DNA of 32,000 nt, from the NCBI GenBank assembly GCA_049974095.1, contig JBMFJD010000003.1:38136-70135 (forward strand). Direction: 5' to 3'. This document shows, one piece after another, positions 25,314-32,000 of the stretch (its first letter is position 1; each line of letters starts with the position of its first letter). The DNA is from Nanopusillaceae archaeon (GTDB taxonomy: Archaea; Nanobdellota; Nanobdellia; Nanobdellales; Nanobdellaceae). The position numbers and the translations under genes are program-made. Under the pieces are notes generated by a model. It had not been told where the DNA came from and made no database searches. It worked only from the letters and a program-made list of their open reading frames with translations.

Positions 25314-26729
25314 TTAAGCTTCATCCTGTATATATTTTTCTCCTCTCTTAAATTTCTCAAAAGCTTTAGATAATTCTTTTCCTAAATACAAAGCATGATC
25401 ATATAATCCAAAGAAACTTTCCCCCTTCAATGATTCATATAATTCCCAAAAATTCTTTGAAGATATTTTAAAATCAATTGTAGAATTATCCGGAGTTCTA
25501 TGTTCAAGATTTATTTTATCATTATCAATATATATTAAGAAATTACCAGTAGGATCTTCTACAAATTCTCTCATTTTATAAGAATATTTTGATAATACTT
25601 CTCTAACAATATCAAAATCATGTTTATAAATATGAGCAGAAGTAGAAATTGTTGTAACATTTCCTAATTTAAAATCTGCTCCTGTCTTTTTATTTATTTC
25701 ATTTACAATATATTCTGCCAATTTTATTTGTCCAATAATATTTAAATGGCATGCTCTCACCATATCATTACTTCTAATTAATACAGTATGATTATAATAA
25801 TTATCTGTAATAATTCCTTGAACAAAAATAATACATGGAGGATTTGAACTTGAGGATCTATTACATGATTCCATGTAATTCCAATAGCTCTCCTACTATA
25901 TGGAATTTTTGATAATTTATTTATAATATATTCTATTTGATTTTTCCCATAATGATGAGAAAATAATCTCTCTCCATATGCATATTCAACATCTTCTGGT
26001 TTTTCTGGAGACATTACTTCCCTTATATGTTTCTCAAATTCCTCTGGTTTAATAAATTCAAAAAATTCTTCTTCTATCTTATATTCTTTTCCATACAATC
26101 CTATTGTAACATAATATTTAGAAACTCTTTTGATGGTTCTTCATATTCAGTTTGTTTTAAAGATCCAAATCCTCATTATTTTATCCAAAATTTTTATCCA
26201 TGCTCTAAAAACAGATGTCTCATAAATATAATATCCAGATAATGATATAAACCATGATTGTAATTCTGCTTCTTCCTCAACTTTCAGATCAATAGAATTT
26301 CTATAAATTTTTCCAGGATTATAATTTTCTTCTATTGTATTTATTAAATAATTTATTCCTTCAGATTTGAATTTATCTCTTAAATCAATTATTTTTATTA
26401 TATTTAATATTTCTTTTATCTTTTCATATGGAAATCTTATTTTATATTCTCTTAATATTCCTTCATTTTTTTGTAAATATATCATATATTGTTTTTCCAG
26501 ATATAGGTAGATCTGCACCATATAATATTAAAGTATTTATTTGAGGATTCTTACCCAAAGTTTCAATCATATAATGAATACCAAAAGATGTATATGTTGT
26601 TCCAATTATTCCAATTTTATTTTTAATATTTTCTGGCAACATATTTAATATTGCTTCTTTCTTTGTCCATAAAGTTGAAATTGCAATATTACTATCTTTA
26701 TTAATTAATAAAATATCTTTTTGAACCAT
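25314..26729 (-). pseudogene. thyA: Disrupted MtrA-like-domain / ThyA-type thymidylate synthase gene (four collinear ORF fragments)
   Basis: The fragments 26729-26463, 26521-26147, 26098-25778 and 25874-25314 read collinearly. An N-terminal IGIIGTTYTSFGIHYMIETLGKNPQINTLILYGADLPISGK is MtrA-like by my recollection. Then come the ThyA motifs YAYGERLF, NQIEYIINKLSKIPYSRRAIGITWN, NPPCIIFVQ (catalytic Cys), LIRSNDM and TSAHIYKHD. The gene is interrupted by a +1 shift at an A7 run, two in-frame TGA codons bridged only by another frame, and a -1 shift. Confidence 0.7.
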
Positions 26730-26757
26730 TTAAAATTATTTTAAAAAACTTAAAAAA

Positions 26758-28116
26758 TCATTTCTCTTTTTTAATATTTTTTAATAATTCTTCAAAAAAT
26801 TTGTCTCTTATTGGTTCATAGATTCTTTTATAAAATTCCTGATGATCTTCTAAAACTTCTTTCGGAAATCTTTTTAAATATTCTAATGCAAAATTCCAGG
26901 CAATGTTATAATTTATTATACTATTTACTTTATCTATAATTTCTTTATCATAATCTTCTGGTGTTTGATCTTTATCTCCAATATGAAATAATCCTGTATT
27001 TTTATTATATGGAGCTTCTTCATTTCCAACTTTTATTAATTCAATATCTTTTCCTTCTTCATATGTTTTTTCTTCAATATAAATTCTCTTTTTACTTGTT
27101 CTATATATAGGTCTATAATATTTTGCCCATGCATAAAATATTGCTCTATTTAATCCAAAACTTTTTGCTTTACTTATATCTCCATATAATAAATAATATC
27201 TTGCAGCTTGTAATAATCCCATAACCTGGAATCTTCCAACATTTCCATAATTTATTTTTCTTTCTTCCATTTTTATTGATGTACTTTTACTTAAATAATT
27301 TGATATATATCCTTTTATTTCTTTCATTGCAATTTCTGCTAAAGAATCTCCTTCTCCTTCTTCATATTCTCTCCATCTTTTATCATGTCTATAATTTTTA
27401 TAATCCGCCCAGGATAAATCAAAATTATTTATATCATTTGGTTTAAATACTACACATACATAGTCCAAAAATCTATGAAAAGATAAAGGAACAGTGAATA
27501 CTCTCTGTATATCAATTTTATTTTCAACTTTAAATTCCCTGGATTTTCCTTTTGCTTTTGCTATTTCTTTTTCTAAATCATCTTTAGCTTTTTTTAATAT
27601 AAAGTCTACAATAGAAAATGATATATCCAATGGATGATATTTCTTTAATATATTTTGAGAAAATGCTTTTTCATTTATATGTACATGTATTCCTCTTCCG
27701 CTCCATTTTAAATATACAGATTTATATATTTCATATTTTTCTAAATATGATACAATTATTTCAGCAACATTTTTTATTATTTCAAAATCCTCTAATGTTC
27801 CATCTATATCAAATATTGGAGTAACATATCTAATATTATTTAAATCTTTTAATTTTTCTTCTTTTATTTCATTATAAACATTTATTGTTGCATAAATTGT
27901 CCTAAACTTTAAATATGAAAATTTTACAAATAAAGATTTATATTCTTCTTCATTTTCAATTTTTAAAGGTCTTTTATCTTTATCATATCTAATAAAAATC
28001 CTCTGATCTAATCTTGAAGTTTCAATTGCAATCCACCTATTTTTTGAATATTCAATTATTTCATCTGTTACTTCCTTTTTCATATAATGATTCTTTATAT
28101 CATTCCATTCTACCAT
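26758..28116 (-). CDS. priS: DNA primase, PriS-type AEP catalytic domain with a long C-terminal helical extension
   Basis: 452 aa. AEP motifs PIFDIDG (DxD), WSGRGIHVHI (sGrGxH) and RVFTVPLSFH. About 170 C-terminal residues (GRFQVMGLLQAARYYLLYGD...AWNFALEYLKRF) lie beyond the catalytic core. The whole protein has only one Cys. Confidence 0.8.
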   Translation of the reverse strand: MVEWNDIKNHYMKKEVTDEIIEYSKNRWIAIETSRLDQRIFIRYDKDKRPLKIENEEEYKSLFVKFSYLKFRTIYATINVYNEIKEEKLKDLNNIRYVTPIFDIDGTLEDFEIIKNVAEIIVSYLEKYEIYKSVYLKWSGRGIHVHINEKAFSQNILKKYHPLDISFSIVDFILKKAKDDLEKEIAKAKGKSREFKVENKIDIQRVFTVPLSFHRFLDYVCVVFKPNDINNFDLSWADYKNYRHDKRWREYEEGEGDSLAEIAMKEIKGYISNYLSKSTSIKMEERKINYGNVGRFQVMGLLQAARYYLLYGDISKAKSFGLNRAIFYAWAKYYRPIYRTSKKRIYIEEKTYEEGKDIELIKVGNEEAPYNKNTGLFHIGDKDQTPEDYDKEIIDKVNSIINYNIAWNFALEYLKRFPKEVLEDHQEFYKRIYEPIRDKFFEELLKNIKKEK

Positions 28117-28153
28117 AATAATTATTTATTATTTTTAGAGATATAACATTTAT

Positions 28154-28199
28154 ATGATAAAACCTACCACTGCTGAAAAATGACGAAATATTTTACTGA
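28154..28199 (+). ncRNA. Candidate C/D box sRNA (degenerate boxes)
   Basis: AUGAUAA (28154-28160), 12 nt aacctaccactg, CUGA (28173-28176), aaa, AUGACGA (28180-28186), 9 nt aatatttta, CUGA (28196-28199). The first half has the same 7-12-4-3 spacing as the other two sRNAs. The second guide is short and the C box lacks the sixth-position G. It lies in a 149-nt gap. Confidence 0.5.
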
Positions 28200-28265
28200 T
28201 TTAAAATAAAGAACTAGTTATTTATTAATTCTTAAATGATTTTTATATAACTAAAAATTTTATAA

Positions 28266-29120
28266 TTATAAATAATTACTTTCTACTAAATATTCTTTTT
28301 CTATAGTTCCATCTCCATCTTCATCTTTTCCTTCTACAATTAAATAAAATTCTTTATCTAAATCTATCTTATTTTTAATAAAATATCTTATTGCTATTTT
28401 TGTTCCAATTGCTCTTTTTCCGCTAAATAATAATATATTTTTATCTTCATTAAAAGGACTTTTTATATTTGCAATTAATCCGGATAATTCTTCAGAATAT
28501 TTTTTATTTGTAAATTCTGAATATATATCCCAATTATATTCCTGTAAAAATCTTATTTTTAATGAGGTATTTATTCTATACATTATCATATTTGTTACAG
28601 GTCCTCCAATTACAATTAAATTATCTTTAATTATATTTGTATTAATTGCATCTGTATCTATCCTAATATAATTCTCATCTTTAAATCCATTTACAAATTT
28701 TCCAAAATACATTGTTAAGAATCCTACATAATGTAAATCCCTTGCTCTTGCAGAAAAAGGACCATGAGGATCTGGAGATCCAACAATAATATAACAATCT
28801 AATACTCCATCTTTTACAAATTTTCCAAAATTTCTTTTTTCATATTGAAATATTTCATAATCTTGTTTTTCATTTATAATATCATAATATAATTTATATG
28901 ATTTATATTTTACCCTTTTTTCTTCACTTACTTTTTCAATAAAATCCTTTAACTTATTATTTAAATAATAATTTAATAGTTGCGGAGATATATTTAACTT
29001 TTTTGCCAATTCAGATAATGTTAACTCATTTTCGGATAATTCATATAATATTTTTCTAGATATTTCATCAAAAAAACTAATTCTTTTTCCACTATATCCC
29101 TTTCCATCAACAAATATCAT
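28266..29120 (-). CDS. Winged-HTH protein with an uncharacterised C-terminal domain (putative transcription regulator)
   Basis: 284 aa. The N-terminal RKILYELSENELTLSELAKKLNISPQLLNYYL is an ArsR/MarR-like HTH. The C-terminal two-thirds (YIIVGSPDPHGP...LIVIGGPVTN...ILLFSGKRAIGT) is a family I cannot name. It is divergent from glmS. Confidence 0.55.
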   Translation of the reverse strand: MIFVDGKGYSGKRISFFDEISRKILYELSENELTLSELAKKLNISPQLLNYYLNNKLKDFIEKVSEEKRVKYKSYKLYYDIINEKQDYEIFQYEKRNFGKFVKDGVLDCYIIVGSPDPHGPFSARARDLHYVGFLTMYFGKFVNGFKDENYIRIDTDAINTNIIKDNLIVIGGPVTNMIMYRINTSLKIRFLQEYNWDIYSEFTNKKYSEELSGLIANIKSPFNEDKNILLFSGKRAIGTKIAIRYFIKNKIDLDKEFYLIVEGKDEDGDGTIEKEYLVESNYL

Positions 29121-29233
29121 ATTTTATTATAAAAGAAAATTTTTATAAAATATATAGAAATATTTTTATTTTTTATAAATCTAAAATTTCTCTTTTAATT
29201 AAATATAAAAGAAACTTTATAATAATATAATAT

Positions 29234-29863
29234 ATGTGCGGAATAATTGGAATTATTTCAAATGAACTTTTTGATGTTTCTAAAGGAGTTAAAAGATTAA
29301 AAAGATTAGAATATAGAGGATATGACTCTTTTGGATTTTATGCGAATGATATTATATATAAAAAAGTTGGAAAAATAGAGATACCAGATATAAAACATAA
29401 TACATGGATATTTATTGGACACACTAGATGGGCAACACATGGGGGAGTAAATGAAATAAATGCTCATCCGCATATAGATTGTACAGGAAATATAATTGTA
29501 GTACATAATGGAACAATTGATAATTACAAAGAATTAAGAGAATATTTAGAAAAAGAAGGACATAAATTTAGATCTGAAACAGATTCTGAAATATTTGCAC
29601 ATTGGTTTGAAGATAGATTAAAGAAGGGAAAAGATATAAAGGAAATTGTATTGGAAATATTTAATAAATTTAAAGGAACATATGCATTAATTGTTTATAT
29701 TAAAAATTTAAAGAAAATTATTGCAATAAAAAATGGAAGTCCATTAGTAATTGGAATAAAAGATAATAAAATATATATTGCATCTGATGTATATGCATTT
29801 CTAGATGATACAGAAAATGTAATAACATTAAATGATTATGAATTTGCAATAATAGAAAAATGA
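29234..29863 (+). CDS. glmS: Glutamine-fructose-6-phosphate aminotransferase, N-terminal (Ntn glutaminase) fragment
   Basis: 209 aa. MCGIIG (the Cys nucleophile directly after Met), RLEYRGYDSFG, GHTRWATHG, NAHPH, VVHNGTIDNY and SETDSE. It ends at a TGA that overlaps the next ATG (ATGA). Confidence 0.85.
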   Translation: MCGIIGIISNELFDVSKGVKRLKRLEYRGYDSFGFYANDIIYKKVGKIEIPDIKHNTWIFIGHTRWATHGGVNEINAHPHIDCTGNIIVVHNGTIDNYKELREYLEKEGHKFRSETDSEIFAHWFEDRLKKGKDIKEIVLEIFNKFKGTYALIVYIKNLKKIIAIKNGSPLVIGIKDNKIYIASDVYAFLDDTENVITLNDYEFAIIEK

Positions 29864-30930
29864 GAATAAAATTTTACAATATTTTAGGAGAAGAAATAAA
29901 TAAAGAGATAAAAAAGTTAAAATGGATTAATTTGGAAGATAAAAATATATATGAACATTATATGATAAAAGAAATACATGAAGAACCATTAGTATCAAAA
30001 ATATTAATTGATTCTTTAGAAACAGAACAAAACTATATTGTAGATAAATTTATTAAAGAAATAGAAGAAGCAGATAAAGTTGTTTTCTTAGGTGCAGGTT
30101 CTTCATATCATTCTTCACTAATTGGATCTAGATTATTTAGAGAAATTGGAATTGAGGCATATTCTGTTATTTCTTCAGAATATAAAGATATGAAATATGA
30201 TAAAAATACATTAGTAATTGCAATATCTCAATCTGGAGAGACAATGGATACAATTATTGCAATAAAAAATATAAAAAATAGGGTAAAAGATATATTATCT
30301 ATTGTAAATGTTCCATATTCTTCAATTCAATCTTTATCTTCATTTTCATTAGAAATAAAAGCTGGACCTGAAAAATGTGTTGCTGCAACAAAAACATATA
30401 TAAATCAAGTAATTACATTATTTTATTTAGTTAATAAATTTGGATTAAAAATTAATTTAAAAGAAATACCGGAAAAAATAAGAGATACTTTAAAGAATGA
30501 GGAAAAAATAAAAGAAATTGCAAAAGAATTTGTTAATGAAAAGGATTTATATATAATTGGAAGGGGAATTAATTATTATTCTTCATTAGAGATTGCATTA
30601 AAATTAAAAGAAATATCATATATACATGCAGAAGCATTGGCTGGAGGAGAATTAAAACATGGAACATTAGCATTAATAGAACCTGGAACAAAAGTATTAG
30701 CATTAGATCCTAAATTGGATGAAGATATAAAGACAAATATTGAAGAAATAAAGGCAAGAGATGGAAAAGTATATGAATTTTCTAAATATTTTTATATTAA
30801 TAATGATTATCCAGAATATTCATTATATTCTGTAATAGTTGGACAATTATTAACATATTATATTGCAAAATATAAAGGATTACCAATTGATTATCCAAGA
30901 AATTTGGCAAAATCTGTTACCGTAAAATAA
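29860..30930 (+). CDS. glmS: Glutamine-fructose-6-phosphate aminotransferase, C-terminal fragment (end of the glutaminase domain + two SIS isomerase domains)
   Basis: 356 aa. YEHYMIKEIHEEP (compare E. coli YRHYMQKEIYEQP), SIS motifs GAGSSYHS and ISQSGETMDT, GELKHGTLALI, and the C-terminal PRNLAKSVTV (family ending ..LAKSVTVE). Confidence 0.85.
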   Translation: MRIKFYNILGEEINKEIKKLKWINLEDKNIYEHYMIKEIHEEPLVSKILIDSLETEQNYIVDKFIKEIEEADKVVFLGAGSSYHSSLIGSRLFREIGIEAYSVISSEYKDMKYDKNTLVIAISQSGETMDTIIAIKNIKNRVKDILSIVNVPYSSIQSLSSFSLEIKAGPEKCVAATKTYINQVITLFYLVNKFGLKINLKEIPEKIRDTLKNEEKIKEIAKEFVNEKDLYIIGRGINYYSSLEIALKLKEISYIHAEALAGGELKHGTLALIEPGTKVLALDPKLDEDIKTNIEEIKARDGKVYEFSKYFYINNDYPEYSLYSVIVGQLLTYYIAKYKGLPIDYPRNLAKSVTVK

Positions 30931-31100
30931 AAAATCTTAAAAATTAAAAAGTAAGATATATTTTTAATAAACAATATTTTGAACACTTTTAGCAACCAAA
31001 CTTATATATTATATAAAATATATATTTTTGATAGGATTATACTAGATTATACCCAGATTAATTAGATAAAAAATTAGTAAAAATATATATAAAAACATAT

Positions 31101-31132
31101 TTATGACGGATAATTTGCGTTATCCGACATAA
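31101..31132. repeat. 32-nt imperfect palindrome / hairpin (13-nt arms, 6-nt spacer)
   Basis: TTATGACGGATAA-tttgcg-TTATCCGACATAA. The arms are complementary except for one central A/A. The perfect 7-bp core is CGGATAA/TTATCCG (31107-31126). It is the most GC-containing structure in a 341-nt gene-free spacer. Confidence 0.6.
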
Positions 31133-31271
31133 TATATATTACTAATTAAGAATTATTTATAAAAGTCTTCACTGGCTATAGCAATATTAAATATTATCAA
31201 AATTAAATTGGGGTTTCTTGTATTAAAATATTATATAGAAAAAAGATATGATATCTTTATTTTTAAGAGTG

Positions 31272-32000
31272 CTATTTAACTAATAATAGTAATGCCAGTA
31301 CTATTCCTGCAACAATTCCATATATATTTGATTCTTCTGATGCAACAATAGATCCACTATAAGATGTTGGAGCTTGTACAACAAAGTTATATGTTAAGCT
31401 TCCAATATTTGTAACAACAGGAGACATAAATGATAAATACAATGAAGACAAACCATAAGTTAAAGGAATAAGTTTCAAATATATCATTGTAGAGTTACCT
31501 GGATATAGATCACCAACATTTATACCATTTATTATTTCTACTAATGGCTGATTATTGTAGAAGAATAATACACTATTTCCAGTTTGTGTAAGATATACTG
31601 TTAGATTATCTACTGGTATATTTCCGATATTTGTTATGTTTATAATAAATCCATAATATGGATTTAATATATTTAGATTTATTGTATTACCATTTGTTAA
31701 AACAGGTACGTTTTCTATTAGATATGGTTGAACATATAATATACCATAACATCCTTGTGGTAACGATGACGTATTAGTTGAGGAGGATGTTGTTAATATG
31801 TATTGTTCATAATTTGATACAAATAATATAAATGATTTATTAATTGTTTGTCCATATTGATCTTTTACTATTAATGTTATGCTGTAATATCCCAATTGCA
31901 TTGCTGTTAACGATATATTTGCAATGATATATCCTGAAGAGTTAAATGTATATAAAGATGGAGATACTGAACAAGTCGCACTAGTAGAATTTGTCGCACA
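31272..32000 (-). CDS. Surface protein, C-terminal part (5' end beyond the window): beta-sandwich/PKD-like repeat, S/T-rich linker, C-terminal TM anchor
   Basis: The frame stays open from 31901 to the window edge at 32000 (…CATNSTSATCSVSPSLYTFNSSGYIIANISLTA-MQLGYY…). YSITLIVKDQYGQTINKSFILFV resembles a PKD/Ig-like strand pattern. The protein carries many N-x-S/T sequons and ends with the hydrophobic tail GIVAGIVLALLLLVK. Confidence 0.55.
   Translation of the reverse strand, partial: CATNSTSATCSVSPSLYTFNSSGYIIANISLTAMQLGYYSITLIVKDQYGQTINKSFILFVSNYEQYILTTSSSTNTSSLPQGCYGILYVQPYLIENVPVLTNGNTINLNILNPYYGFIINITNIGNIPVDNLTVYLTQTGNSVLFFYNNQPLVEIINGINVGDLYPGNSTMIYLKLIPLTYGLSSLYLSFMSPVVTNIGSLTYNFVVQAPTSYSGSIVASEESNIYGIVAGIVLALLLLVK

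Noticed and set aside
26141-26149. The two in-frame TGA codons between thyA fragments 2 and 3 could mean that TGA is recoded (Sec/Trp/Gly) in this organism.
   Set aside because: TGA clearly terminates rpl31e (1577-1579) and the glmS N fragment. Another frame is open for exactly the 23 codons spanning these TGAs and reads like genuine ThyA-family sequence. Local indels explain the pattern better than stop-codon reassignment.
31160-31215. A possible replication origin element: CTTCACTGG loosely resembles the ORB core (…TTCCAGTGGAAA…), and a GGGG string lies about 40 nt away.
   Set aside because: The match is weak and the G-string spacing is wrong. There are no repeated ORB copies flanking an unwinding element, and no orc1/cdc6 gene is adjacent.
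1-32000. A scan for CRISPR arrays, transposases/integrases, IS terminal inverted repeats, toxin-antitoxin pairs, restriction-modification genes or other defence genes, and rRNA genes.
   Set aside because: I saw no regularly spaced direct repeats, no recombinase, nuclease or toxin motifs, and no long GC-rich structured-RNA stretches. The window looks like core chromosome rather than an accessory island.

Overview
This is a very AT-rich (by eye about three-quarters A+T), tightly packed archaeal chromosome segment. Both strands are coding, and many neighbouring genes overlap by 1-30 nt. I support about 35 protein genes, 2 tRNAs and 3 C/D box sRNA candidates. I see no rRNA, CRISPR array, transposase or integrase.

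Most of the content is information processing:
- tRNA/rRNA modification enzymes: a SpoU/TrmJ-like methyltransferase, Trm1, Trm5 and a class I SAM methyltransferase.
- Ribosomal and translation proteins: L31e, L3, LX, aIF6 and prefoldin alpha.
- TyrRS and MetRS.
- The Hef helicase-nuclease, a DHH/DHHA1 phosphoesterase and a long PriS-type primase.
- An M1 aminopeptidase and a rhomboid protease.
- A phosphohexomutase and GlmS.
- A partial archaellum operon (FlaD/E-like, FlaG/F-like, FlaH, FlaI).

The two tRNAs are GC-rich islands in AT-rich DNA, which suggests a thermophile. Together with the scattered ribosomal genes and the broken metabolic genes, this looks like a reduced, host-dependent DPANN or Nanoarchaeota-like genome. 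That placement is inference only.

I found no novel multi-gene system such as a defence island. The observations most worth a second look are:
1. Unannotated C/D box sRNAs with the exact 7-12-4-3-7-12-4 archaeal layout, whose k-turn boxes covary (AUGAAGA with CAGA, AUGAUGA with CUGA).
2. An MtrA-like/ThyA-type thymidylate synthase gene broken by at least four frame lesions.
3. A glmS split by a -1 shift at an A5 run, with an ATGA stop/start overlap.
4. An archaellum block with no flaJ and no archaellin gene nearby.
5. A cysteine-poor primase with a long helical C-terminal extension.
6. Two gene-free spacers of about 340 bp between convergent genes.
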